Made by a program: the position numbers and the translations under genes. Source: Verrucomicrobiota bacterium (GTDB taxonomy: Bacteria; Verrucomicrobiota; Verrucomicrobiia; Methylacidiphilales; JBCBYL01). Taken from it: 64,000 bases of DNA. The notes under the pieces are model-generated. The model did not search any database, was not told the DNA's origin, and worked only from the letters and a program-made list of their open reading frames with translations. This document shows, piece by piece, positions 28,039-37,483 of the stretch (its first letter is position 1; the number at the start of each line of letters is the position of its first letter). Location of the stretch: positions 2,416 to 66,415 of the forward strand of contig JBCDJI010000006.1 of the NCBI GenBank assembly GCA_038748025.1. The letters run 5' to 3'.

Positions 28039-29388
28039 TTAAACCACCGGCAATTCATAACCTTCGCGACGTTGCCGATCCTGCATTTTTCTGGCCTCAT
28101 CACTACCAATGATTTCCTCTTTTTCAGGATCCCAACGGACAGGCTTACCCAGTCTTTCTGCAATAGCAGCCAAATGACATATCGTCGCAGTGCGGTGTCC
28201 GACAGATGCCGGACAGACCGGTTCTTTTCTGGACAGGACACAATCAATGAAATTATTACGATGATTAGTAGAGGTATAAACGATTTCCTCGTCCGGGGAA
28301 AAGCGGTGATTCTTGTATTTTTCCGGAATAACACTGATCTTACCGCCACGACTGACTCCAAGTTTCCCTTCATCTCCGAAAAACCAGATCATATGAGAAA
28401 TCTTTTTTCCATTCTTGGGATCATCCATGCTGTCTGCCCCTTCCGGATTACGATCACGGAAAACCGTAATGCCGTCCTGGTATCGATAATGGTGGTGTTC
28501 AGCACCCTGATAACCTTGCGGAATGAATTCCACCGGCCCCGTGTTGTCTCTGTTCAGTGCCCATTGGGTAATATCGAAATGATGTGCGCCCCAATCCCCG
28601 AACTTCCGACTGCCATAGTCCCAGTAACAACGCCAGCCTCCGGAGTAATCGCCCAGAACACGATGTGCACTGTATTCATAGTAGGGAGTCGGTCCCAGCC
28701 ATCGATCATAATCAATGCCCGATGGAACCGGTTCAAAAACTTCATTCGCAGGGGGCTGGGGGAAATTACCCAGCTTGCAGTAGACCTTTTCTACATTACC
28801 GATCCAGCCATTGCGAATGATATTGGCGGCGTTACGGAAGTGACGGTCTGAACGTTGCTGTGAACCTACCTGCAAAATCCGACCGTATTTTTTTTCTGCT
28901 GCGACCAGAAACTTGCCTTCATCAATGGTCAAGGTTGCCGGTTTCTCCAGATATACGTCCTTTCCCGCCTTCATGGCAGCAATAGCGATAGATGCATGCC
29001 AGTGATCAGGGGTGCCGATTACCACCACATCCACATCCTGACTGCTCAGGACTTCTTCATGCTCTTTTGTTGTCTGCACTTCGATCTTGTGCTTATTTTT
29101 TAGAAGCTTTACGGCATTTTTAAGGGCCTCGTCCTTAACATCACACACCATGATCGACTGTGTCTGCTTGTGAGGTGTGAACGCATTAAGATGCCCTTTC
29201 ATGATATTGCCGGTGCCGATGTAAGCGACCCCGATGCGCGAATTAGCCCCGACTTTGCTGGTGTTACCCAGCACCTCGGAAGGAAGAATCATGGGAGCAG
29301 TAAACGCACTGCCTGCAGCCAGTGCTCCGGTTTTCAGAAAAGAGCGCCGGCTGTGGTTCGTTGAAGTCTTTTTATGGTGTGTAGTCAT
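28039..29388 (-). CDS. Gfo/Idh/MocA-family oxidoreductase with twin-arginine (TAT) signal
   Basis: SRRSFLKTGALAAGSAF TAT motif, then the VAYIGTGNIMKGH Rossmann fold. The + strand ORF 27919-28851 is its antisense shadow. Confidence 0.85.
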   Translation of the reverse strand: MTTHHKKTSTNHSRRSFLKTGALAAGSAFTAPMILPSEVLGNTSKVGANSRIGVAYIGTGNIMKGHLNAFTPHKQTQSIMVCDVKDEALKNAVKLLKNKHKIEVQTTKEHEEVLSSQDVDVVVIGTPDHWHASIAIAAMKAGKDVYLEKPATLTIDEGKFLVAAEKKYGRILQVGSQQRSDRHFRNAANIIRNGWIGNVEKVYCKLGNFPQPPANEVFEPVPSGIDYDRWLGPTPYYEYSAHRVLGDYSGGWRCYWDYGSRKFGDWGAHHFDITQWALNRDNTGPVEFIPQGYQGAEHHHYRYQDGITVFRDRNPEGADSMDDPKNGKKISHMIWFFGDEGKLGVSRGGKISVIPEKYKNHRFSPDEEIVYTSTNHRNNFIDCVLSRKEPVCPASVGHRTATICHLAAIAERLGKPVRWDPEKEEIIGSDEARKMQDRQRREGYELPVV

Positions 29389-29734
29389 TAACTTAAATCG
29401 ATGATTAAATTTTCAAAAGCTTCATAAATTATATTGATCTCTTCGTCAATGCCAACCGATAAGTGTCATATCCGTCCGCTGGTTCAGATGCCGCTGGGCA
29501 ACGGTGAGCTTGATTAAAAAAAGATTTTTTTGCCATTTCCTGTCTTAGCGCGGGGAATAGCGCGCTGAAACTGGACTGTCTATAAGCACCAGAGGCCCAT
29601 GGTTTGCTCCAAGGCCTACACCGGTCATCACCGCAGATCTGCCCGTGCAAGGACAAGGCGCGGGAAAGTATCAGTGGAGCGTAAAATTTCACTTGAGCCT
29701 GATGGCGTAGAGCTTAGTTTCTTAGCTACGCGTT

Positions 29735-29808
29735 GCCTCCCTAGCTCAGTTGGTTAGAGCAGAAGACTCTTAATCTTTTGGTCCTCGGTTCGAATCCGAG
29801 GGGGGGTA
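29735..29808 (+). tRNA. tRNA-Lys (anticodon CUU)
   Basis: Hand-folded cloverleaf: GCCTCCC/TA/GCTC-AGTTGGTTA-GAGC/A/GAAGA-CTCTTAA-TCTTT/TGGTC/CTCGG-TTCGAAT-CCGAG/GGGGGGT/A. 74 nt; CCA is not encoded. Confidence 0.9.
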
Positions 29809-29962
29809 TCCCTCCGAGGGTTCGAACTCGGTTCGATAGGTCTGCGAGCAGAGCGAGCAATTTCAGAAATAGCAACCTGACTCCTATAACGATGACGCAG
29901 TCATCGGTCATCCAAGGCGGGGGTTATCCGTTGCAGGTGTTCGGGCCCGGGTCAGTTTTTTG

Positions 29963-30793
29963 CTATCCCCTGACGACTTCAACCAGCACTTGCCATGCAA
30001 TGAAGAAGGTGCCGCGCCAGCTGTAGCGGATTTCTTCCTGATTGTCCGGCTCCTGATGCAGGACGCCGACACTCAGGTTATGCTGCATGGTGTCCTGAAA
30101 AAGTTGGTCGAAGCACTGGCCCGCATCGGAGAGAGAGGCATTCCGGGTTGTAACAGATACTTCGTTAATTCTGAGAAATTCACAGTGCTGATCATGGAGT
30201 TCGCTGACAGTTTCGGCCTCCAGACAGCGGTGCACTTTGAAATGTGGTGGCATTTTAAGTCCATAGGCCAGCGGGTAGTCCCAGGTGATCCAGTAGGCAC
30301 CGTCCTGGTCTTTGGTGGCAAAGATCAGGTAAGACAGTGAGACGGCGCCCTGCCGAACGACCGCCAGTGCGGACGAAATGTTGTCTTCGGCATGGTGAAA
30401 AATCCGAAAGCCCTGGTCCAGTGGCGACGGTTTGAGCCATTGATCAGAGTCGCGCAGGAATCCGAGGTCGCGGAGCTCGCTGGACACCGGATGGATTTCC
30501 GGAAATTCATCCGGATCCAATGGGCCGGGGGTGAGCTTGCGTTTCAAGGAAAAGCGCAGCTTGCGGGCGGTGAGTGCCGCTTGCATGACGGGAATGATAA
30601 ACCAGGAGGCCAGCGCCAGTGCCACCAGATACCACAATCCGGTCCAGAACCAGATGGCCAGCCCGATCATGCTAAAGATGATCCACACGCCCGTTCGTCG
30701 CACCCACAGGTTGCGGGCACGGAAGCAGGCAATCGCCAGAACCAAAAGGCCGGCGAGGATCAATAATTCACTCATCCATGTCGGGATTTCCAT
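29963..30793 (-). CDS. hypothetical membrane protein (3-4 N-terminal TM helices plus soluble C-terminal domain)
   Basis: Start preferred at MEIPTWMSELLILAGLLVLAIACF (ATG 30793-30791). I recognise no motif. The gene lies between the two tRNA genes. Confidence 0.5.
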   Translation of the reverse strand: MEIPTWMSELLILAGLLVLAIACFRARNLWVRRTGVWIIFSMIGLAIWFWTGLWYLVALALASWFIIPVMQAALTARKLRFSLKRKLTPGPLDPDEFPEIHPVSSELRDLGFLRDSDQWLKPSPLDQGFRIFHHAEDNISSALAVVRQGAVSLSYLIFATKDQDGAYWITWDYPLAYGLKMPPHFKVHRCLEAETVSELHDQHCEFLRINEVSVTTRNASLSDAGQCFDQLFQDTMQHNLSVGVLHQEPDNQEEIRYSWRGTFFIAWQVLVEVVRG

Positions 30794-30938
30794 GATTGAA
30801 GTATGAATGAAGAATGAAGAAGTAAGAAGGAAGAAATGGCCCTTAAGCTCCTGGATACAGGACCAGGCATTTGGAGGCTTGCGAGGACAGTCCCAAGTAA
30901 CTCGGGGTTGCACACATTTATCGGACGCAATGTTAAGT

Positions 30939-31015
<77 letters not shown>

Positions 31016-31113
31016 ATCAAAGAGCAAAGATAAAACCACATCCTACAAGGCAGCACAACTCTTTTATTCAGTTATTTCGATAGAACCTGCTCGCAGTAGA
31101 CGGTAGTTGCCCT

Positions 31114-32934
31114 TCACGAAACAACTTGGCCGGAAGCATCGATCTGGTATTCACCGGTTTCGGAAAATTCATATATTTTTGCGCCTTTATTCTGGATGCG
31201 GTAGCCACGGATGCGGAGATATTCCGGGGTGTCCGGGTGTTTCAGTTCATCTTCGGTCAAAGGAACGATAACAAATCCGTCATTTTCAACCTGCAGATCT
31301 TTGACGGTAACACGTGCGTCCGGACCAGCTTTGATTACCAGGCCCGCACCGTCGGCAATCGATACATTTTCGAGTCGAATCCCAGGACCGTCCAGGATCA
31401 GAGTTCCGGTGCCGTGAATTGAACCAGCCATGATTTTACTGCGCACTTCTGCCAGCGTCATCGCAAAAGAGGGACGCAGCAGCACGCGGGGCCCCGGAGT
31501 TAACGGGATTTCCAGCATTTTTTCTTCGCTGGATGCTTCGACGGTGACGCCCGCAGCGGAAAGCCTTCTGCGACCTGCCTGATAAAAGTCGGATTCCGCA
31601 GTAACGGCCGACTCCGGCGGACCACCGGCAGCATGCTTGGCGGCGGCATCCGATACGTTGTTTTTATTAGCAGAGAAGGCCCATGAGCGGTCAAAGACGG
31701 AGACGCCGATACGGTGTTTGGAATCATAGAGCTTTGCCAGATCCTGCATCATGGTTTCAAGTCGGGTCGGCTTTCTGAAGGTGGTGCGAGTCTGGTCAGC
31801 ATACTTTGGATTAACGAATTCTGCTATGATACCCTGGGTTCGTTCGAGGATTTCAAGGTAAGAGGACAGCTTGATCAGAAGTACGTTAATGTTGCCGGGA
31901 AAGATGGAATTTCCCTGCTCATTGGGCACGTCACCCTCGGGGCTGACGGTGGCACGCAGTAGCGGGTCGAGCTGATTGTATTCGACATTGATGGTCATTT
32001 CTCGTTCATCGGAAACGAGTTTTGCCAGAGCGCCACAGGCTTCACCCGGGATGCGGTTGACAGCGATGGAATTGAAATCATAATCATGTTCCACCGATGC
32101 ACCGAGTGCGGCTGGCACGGCATTAAAGACTTGTCCATTGGTGTCCTGGATGAAAATCAGATGCTGGATACCCTGCTGCGCCAGCTGGGAGGCAATACCG
32201 CTGCTATGCAGCAGCATGTGAATATCTCCGTGACCATGTGGCTTGAGAATCAACTCGTCGTGTGCGTTCAATGCCAGTTTTCCGTCGTTATCGGAGATCG
32301 CAGGTACCAGCTCCTGTTTGAGGATATGAACCTGTTCGGGGTGGAGGCCGAAATACCTGTTGGATTCGAGTGATGCGAGCGTCTTGGCATTGGTATCCTC
32401 GGAGGTCATGACAATGAAAGGGACGGGGTGGGGGTCTTCCATGCGGTCTTCCATTGCCTTCAGGCAGGAGGCATAATGTGCCAGGTAGGAAGTGTTTTCC
32501 GTGACCTCAACCGGGATGTCGAGTTTGATGCCGGAATACCCCAGACGTTCCCCCAGTCCACCTGCAACCAGCACGATGGCGGTTCTATCAAAATGGGTCA
32601 TACCGATGCTTTCATACTGATCGTAGTCGGCATTGAATCGTGTCAGATCAATTTGTTCCGGCTGATGCGGAGTAAATCCGGCAAAGGGGTTCGTGCCGGC
32701 TTTGGCATCGGCCAGCAGTTTGCGAGCGTTCGTTATGTATCCATGGAGACCGCCGGGATAAGAATCATTAATCCGTCCCAGTGAAGCCAGCAAGCCGGCT
32801 TTACGGCTATTCTCAGTGCCAGGTTCATCCCATTGCGAGAAGAGATGTGTCTGGTCGTTTTCCAGCAGTTGTCGGATTATATTCTGTTCGGCGGGGTTGC
32901 TGCTGAATTGCCGCGGGTCCGGATCGTCGCTCAT
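31114..32934 (-). CDS. UDP-sugar pyrophosphorylase (UTP--monosaccharide-1-phosphate uridylyltransferase, UDPGP family, USP-like)
   Basis: VLVAGGLGERLGYSGIKLDIPVE pyrophosphorylase loop and KPHGHGD. The 606-aa length includes a C-terminal beta-helix-like extension, as in plant and kinetoplastid USP. Confidence 0.75.
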   Translation of the reverse strand: MSDDPDPRQFSSNPAEQNIIRQLLENDQTHLFSQWDEPGTENSRKAGLLASLGRINDSYPGGLHGYITNARKLLADAKAGTNPFAGFTPHQPEQIDLTRFNADYDQYESIGMTHFDRTAIVLVAGGLGERLGYSGIKLDIPVEVTENTSYLAHYASCLKAMEDRMEDPHPVPFIVMTSEDTNAKTLASLESNRYFGLHPEQVHILKQELVPAISDNDGKLALNAHDELILKPHGHGDIHMLLHSSGIASQLAQQGIQHLIFIQDTNGQVFNAVPAALGASVEHDYDFNSIAVNRIPGEACGALAKLVSDEREMTINVEYNQLDPLLRATVSPEGDVPNEQGNSIFPGNINVLLIKLSSYLEILERTQGIIAEFVNPKYADQTRTTFRKPTRLETMMQDLAKLYDSKHRIGVSVFDRSWAFSANKNNVSDAAAKHAAGGPPESAVTAESDFYQAGRRRLSAAGVTVEASSEEKMLEIPLTPGPRVLLRPSFAMTLAEVRSKIMAGSIHGTGTLILDGPGIRLENVSIADGAGLVIKAGPDARVTVKDLQVENDGFVIVPLTEDELKHPDTPEYLRIRGYRIQNKGAKIYEFSETGEYQIDASGQVVS

Positions 32935-33194
32935 AAGTTCGGTTGTTACAATTTTGGGTGATTTTTTGATATCGTGACCAGTCTATTGCCGGGAGTCACT
33001 TCTAAAATGCATCCTGCATATGCTGAATACAAACCTGACACGGTATGTTGAACACTAACAGGCTGATTGTATGGGTTTAACGTCTATTATTGCGGGAATG
33101 CGAGTGCGCAATTATCTTGGGACTGTGTCAAGCATCAGCTTGTCAGAAGCATATCACCGAACCGGTAAAATTGAGATGTGGTGTGCTTGCAATA

Positions 33195-33232
33195 CAAAAA
33201 AAGAGCCCCGGACGTTTCCGCCACGGGGCTCT
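33195..33232 (-). terminator. rho-independent terminator (minus strand)
   Basis: Minus strand reads AGAGCCCCG-(13-nt loop)-CGGGGCTCT followed by TTTTTTTG. The stem is 9 bp and GC-rich. Confidence 0.8.
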
Positions 33233-34110
33233 GAAATTTGGGGGTGGGAGTTCGCCACGCTCTCTTTCCCGATCGGCTGACATTGGGCGCTCTTCCATGT
33301 GGAAGGCTGCCAGCTCCCCGACGCTATTCTCCACGGCAAGCGGAGTGTCCGGTCTCATAGCAGGACCGTTCGGACGGTTACCCATCACGAATTTTTGAGT
33401 GAGGCCTCTCGGCTTGGTTCGGTGGCCACCTGCCGGTGGCTCGCTCGCCAAACTGGGAGCAGACGCGCTGTAAAGTGACACGCCTCTGCACCTTTTTTGA
33501 TCAGGTCGGCTACCGCTTGTGGCGGAACGTTGGCCTGATCGGACGGGTCTGGCCTCTTACCTCTCAGGTTGCCCTTGGCTTCACATCAGGCGATCCGGTT
33601 TTTCGGACCCCCCGCACGAGGAGGTTTTGTTCGTCCAGCCTGGGACGAACCCGCTCCCCGATAACCGCTCTCCATTACGTATTTCACCGCGAGGTGAAAC
33701 CTTCGAAGTCTATTCAACTTCAGAGATCGGTTACCGTGCTGGTCGCAGTGGCAACCGCTACCCTCATTCGGGTAACTGCGTATCTTCCGAATTCGAAACA
33801 GATCCGGAAATATGACTCAGACAGCCGCTGTTTCTAGTCGAAAGATCTTACCTTATCGACGCGGCCGACTGCCGAGCCCCTACTTTCGCAGATTGGACGG
33901 GTGCGATCCCATCCAGAGGGACTGGTGAAACATGCCACGCTCAGAAGTTTGACCTTCTCAACGGGAGCCGGGCACCCAGCTTGGCCCGACTATTCCCCGG
34001 TCACCCGGGATTATCCCAGCAATGCTATTCGTTTCCGAATCCACATCACTGTTCTTTCAAAGAACTAGCAAGAATCTATTACCTGGATCAGGTTTTGGCA
34101 AGCAATATTT
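33195..34110 (-). ncRNA. candidate large structured non-coding RNA, family unassigned
   Basis: No protein-like ORF in any frame across 32935-34409. Perfect local helices are dense, including four GNRA-capped hairpins. The terminator sits at the 3' end and an AT-rich promoter-like block lies upstream. See finding. Confidence 0.4.
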
Positions 34111-34116
34111 TTTGTA

Positions 34117-34145
34117 ACTCTATCAGCGACATATATTTAAGTCAA
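34117..34145 (-). promoter_or_regulatory. possible sigma70-like promoter for the 33.2-34.1 kb transcript
   Basis: Minus strand reads TTGACT-17 nt-TAGAGT inside the AT-rich block 34060-34260. It could equally belong to the divergent control region of the histidine kinase gene. Confidence 0.2.
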
Positions 34146-34409
34146 ATATGTGAATAAGTTTTCTGTCTTGGAAACTGATCGACATAAGCGACTTAGCATG
34201 ACAATTCAAAAGATATTCACCAAGTTATTCACCGTTGAAAAAAATTAAGTTTTTTTAGTTTTCATGGCTTGAGCTGGACTGATTCAGCAGAGATTTTCGT
34301 GATTTGGAGCGTTCCCATCCGATTTGCATTAGGGAGCAATGGTCTGCGCGTGTCGGCAAGCCCATATTTGGGCTTTAGTCGATATACGGCTCTGCTAGGC
34401 TGTCTCAGG

Positions 34410-36611
34410 ATGAATTCGGGATCAGTGAAAGCTTGCAGGGTGCTTTGGGTGATGCTGGTCCTCAACGGGCTTTTGGCTTATGGAGTGACCGCAGCATCAC
34501 CTTTGCTTCGGATAGAGGAGGTTCGCAGCCTGCCGCCGGAAGAAGCGCGCAAAGGGTTTCCGGTTCGGATCAATGCCCAGATTTTGCACGTATTTGCCAA
34601 TCAGCAGAGATTGCACATCCATGATGGGAACTACGGTAGTCATGTGATGAAGCTGCCGGGCGGGAAAAAATTTACGGAGTTTCGGCCAGGCGATCTGGTG
34701 CGGGTTATCGGCAAAACCGGGCAAGGGCAGTATTTTCCGATTATTCAACCCACCAGGTTGGTGAAGACTGGAGAGGCGCCACTGCCAGTGGCCAGCAAGT
34801 TTACACGGGATCAGTTTTATGATGTGACGCTGGACGCTGAATGGGTTTCATTACGCGGATTATTGGTCGCCGTTTGGACAGATGCAGGAAGCCGTTCCAT
34901 TATTATGAGAGTGGACTGGGACGGCACTTGGATTCATGCGCAAACGCCATTTTCTGAAGCAGCACTTCAGCGGATAAGGCAGTTTCTGTTCCGTCGCATC
35001 TGGATCAATGCCGTGGTGGGAAGTCTATTCAATCAGCAGCGGCAGTTGACCGGACGATCCTTCTTTGTGCCCAACGTGGAAAACATCCAGCAAGAGCGCA
35101 ATTTTGTTGAAGGTGAGAATGTCATCTCGCGCCCTATCCATGAATTAATGCGGGCAGATATTGGACAAGAACAGATGGTCGAAACGTGGGGTGAAGTTAT
35201 CCATCAACGGAATAATATATTTTATATCCGGGGTGAGGAGGCCGCGTTGCGGGTCATGACCAACAAGCAGGTTGATTTGCAGCGGGGTGATTCGGTTGTG
35301 ATTCAAGGATTATCCTGGCCGCAGCCTGTCAGTCCGGCATTCAGAGCGGTGCAGGTTAATGTGGTCAGCCCAAGTGACGAACCGGAACCGCTGGTGGTTA
35401 AACTCAAGAAGACCATTGATTCACGTTTGAACTACGAGCTGATTCAGCTGGATGCGGTGTTGGTGGATGCTGGCAAGACCTTCGGCTTTTCACCCCAATT
35501 TAATGTCGGCGACGAGCGGCTGACCTTTTTACTGCGGTCCGGGCCGAATCTGCTCCGGGCCTATCTGCCCGCCAGCGAGCTGGACAATGCGATTGTTCCC
35601 GGTGCCAAACTGCGGGTGACGGGCATCTGTCATCTGATTGCCAGCCCGCAAGCGCAGGGAAAGGTCTCGATTCGCGGATTGACACTGAATCTGCGTGATG
35701 CCTCGGATATTCAGGTGCTGGTTCCTGTGCCATGGTGGACGCCCAAGAAAATGCTAGCCATCTTAAGTCTGCTTATCGTTGTGCTGTTGTTGTCACTTAC
35801 CTGGATGGCGTCCTTGCGGCGGCGTGTCAGGGAGCAGACCAGTGTGATCGGTCGGCAGATTGAACGCCAGACCGTAATGGATGAGCGACAGCGCATTGCC
35901 CGCGAATTGCATGATAATCTGGAGCAGGGTCTGGCCGGCATGGCAATCCAGCTTCGCGGTGCCCTGAAACTGTTGCAGCGTCAAGTGGAGCGTCGTTGTC
36001 ATGCCATGGAGCAGACGCTGGATTTAGCGGGTGATCCCGGAAGCGGTTTGAGGAAACATCTGCAGCAGGAGCGTAAAATCATGGCGGATGAAGCGGAACA
36101 GAGTCAGAAGGCGCTGAAAACGGTCCAGGGAATGTTGACGCACTGCAGCGAGGAATCACGGGTGTCTATTATGGACTTGCGCGGAGGTTTGCTGGAAAAG
36201 ATGAGTCTGCCGGAGGCATTGAAAACAGCGCTGACACCGCTGGCGGAAGAGTGCGGTGCGGTGCTGGAGATTATCATTGATGGAGAGGTCAGGAAACTGG
36301 ACAAGCGAGTGGAGCGTAATCTCTTGCTCGTAGCGCGGGAAGCTGCGACTAATGCGGCACGTCATGCCATGCCAAAGCATTTGCAGGTCCGGCTGAGTTA
36401 TCAGCCGGATTCCTTGCGGCTGGAGATTACGGATGACGGCAGTGGATTCAATCCGAAGCAGGCCGGGGAATATGGGCATTTTGGACTGTTAGGTATGCAG
36501 GAACGGGTTAATACGCTGAAGGGCAGGATAAAGATTGAAAGTGATCGAAAAAGCGGCACAACGATACGGGTGGAGCTACCGGACCCGGGAAAACGAAAAG
36601 ACAAGGCATGA
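34410..36611 (+). CDS. sensor histidine kinase (large periplasmic domain, TM, HisKA_3 plus HATPase_c; NarL/LuxR class)
   Basis: Signal/[27 protein letters not shown]. Second [18 protein letters not shown]-box [17 protein letters not shown]. ATPase motifs [17 protein letters not shown] and GLLGMQERV. Confidence 0.85.
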   Translation: MNSGSVKACRVLWVMLVLNGLLAYGVTAASPLLRIEEVRSLPPEEARKGFPVRINAQILHVFANQQRLHIHDGNYGSHVMKLPGGKKFTEFRPGDLVRVIGKTGQGQYFPIIQPTRLVKTGEAPLPVASKFTRDQFYDVTLDAEWVSLRGLLVAVWTDAGSRSIIMRVDWDGTWIHAQTPFSEAALQRIRQFLFRRIWINAVVGSLFNQQRQLTGRSFFVPNVENIQQERNFVEGENVISRPIHELMRADIGQEQMVETWGEVIHQRNNIFYIRGEEAALRVMTNKQVDLQRGDSVVIQGLSWPQPVSPAFRAVQVNVVSPSDEPEPLVVKLKKTIDSRLNYELIQLDAVLVDAGKTFGFSPQFNVGDERLTFLLRSGPNLLRAYLPASELDNAIVPGAKLRVTGICHLIASPQAQGKVSIRGLTLNLRDASDIQVLVPVPWWTPKKMLAILSLLIVVLLLSLTWMASLRRRVREQTSVIGRQIERQTVMDERQRIARELHDNLEQGLAGMAIQLRGALKLLQRQVERRCHAMEQTLDLAGDPGSGLRKHLQQERKIMADEAEQSQKALKTVQGMLTHCSEESRVSIMDLRGGLLEKMSLPEALKTALTPLAEECGAVLEIIIDGEVRKLDKRVERNLLLVAREAATNAARHAMPKHLQVRLSYQPDSLRLEITDDGSGFNPKQAGEYGHFGLLGMQERVNTLKGRIKIESDRKSGTTIRVELPDPGKRKDKA

Positions 36612-37240
36612 AAGCAAATATACGAGTAATGGTGGTTGATGACAATGCGATCATGCGGCTGGGGCTGACTGAAACGATTTCGATGGAACCTGGAATGGAA
36701 ATGGTAGGGGATGCATCCAATGCGGAAGATGCAATTGAGCTGGTTCGTGAGCTACAGCCGGACGTGGTTACCATGGATTACCAGATGCCGGGTGCCAGCG
36801 GAGTGGAGTGCACTGCACAGATCATGCAGGAATTTCCTCAAACCCATGTAATCCTGCTCTCTGTATTTGATTGTGAGGAAGACATCTTTAAAGCGAAGGA
36901 AGCCGGGGTGAAGGGCTACCTTACCAAAAAAGCCGGGGAGGTAGAGGAAGTGATTGAAGCCATCCAGGAAGTGGCTCACGGCGGGAACTATTTTCCGGGA
37001 TCGATTGCCCAGAAACTGGAAAAACGTGAATCACAGAAAAGCCTCACCGAGCGGGAAATGGCTGTACTGAAATTGTTAGCCGGCGGTCGCAGCAACAAAG
37101 AAATCGAGGACGAGCTCAGCATCTCACTGGCAACCGTGAAATTTCATATTATTAACCTGCGCGAAAAGCTGGATGCGGCAGACAGAACGCAAGCCGTGGT
37201 GCATGCCTTCAAACGCGGTATTTTGCACCTGGATGGGTAA
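36608..37240 (+). CDS. response regulator, REC plus LuxR/NarL-type HTH
   Basis: VMVVDDN...[11 protein letters not shown] receiver domain, and C-terminal [39 protein letters not shown]. The start overlaps the kinase stop by 4 nt. Confidence 0.9.
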   Translation: MKANIRVMVVDDNAIMRLGLTETISMEPGMEMVGDASNAEDAIELVRELQPDVVTMDYQMPGASGVECTAQIMQEFPQTHVILLSVFDCEEDIFKAKEAGVKGYLTKKAGEVEEVIEAIQEVAHGGNYFPGSIAQKLEKRESQKSLTEREMAVLKLLAGGRSNKEIEDELSISLATVKFHIINLREKLDAADRTQAVVHAFKRGILHLDG

Positions 37241-37483
37241 TAGCATGTTTCGGCTGGGATATGGTGGGCTCCTCCTTCTGCTTCGCGCTGGTGCTAACCG
37301 GTATTAATCGTTAAAATGACTACTTGGTGTCTGATTCGCCGGGCTGAGCGACTGTTGTTGAACGCACCTGTTTGTCCTGCAGATCCGCCCCTGATCCTTA
37401 GCTGTAAACCGGTCAAGTCATCGGTCTGTGAGCAGAGCGGTCAACGGTTTAATCGAGAACAGGTGTGGCAGCATCTTTACCCG

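Noticed and set aside
27919-28851. 310-aa + strand ORF.
   Set aside because: It is entirely antisense to the well-supported Gfo/Idh/MocA oxidoreductase gene (28039-29388) and its sequence is low-complexity and not protein-like.
33143-33481. 112-aa minus-strand ORF, and + strand ORFs at 33436-33837 and 33519-33815.
   Set aside because: The composition is not protein-like. The minus ORF reads through the intrinsic terminator hairpin, so the region is better explained as non-coding.
33195-34110. Considered whether the ORF-free structured segment is RNase P RNA, tmRNA, a group II intron or a cobalamin riboswitch.
   Set aside because: The hallmarks are missing on both strands. There is no GGAAAGUCC or ACAGAAnCCGGCUUA P4 strand; GCGAAAGUAGGGGCUC at 33875-33890 is only superficially similar and has no complementary partner. 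There is no GGGG..UUCGAC 5' end, canonical T-loop with CCACCA 3' end, or tag ORF. There is no GUGYG 5' end with a domain V-like AGC...GNRA hairpin. Only an isolated GCCACUG (B12-box-like) word appears, without the rest of that riboswitch core. This is by-eye inspection only and needs cmscan confirmation.
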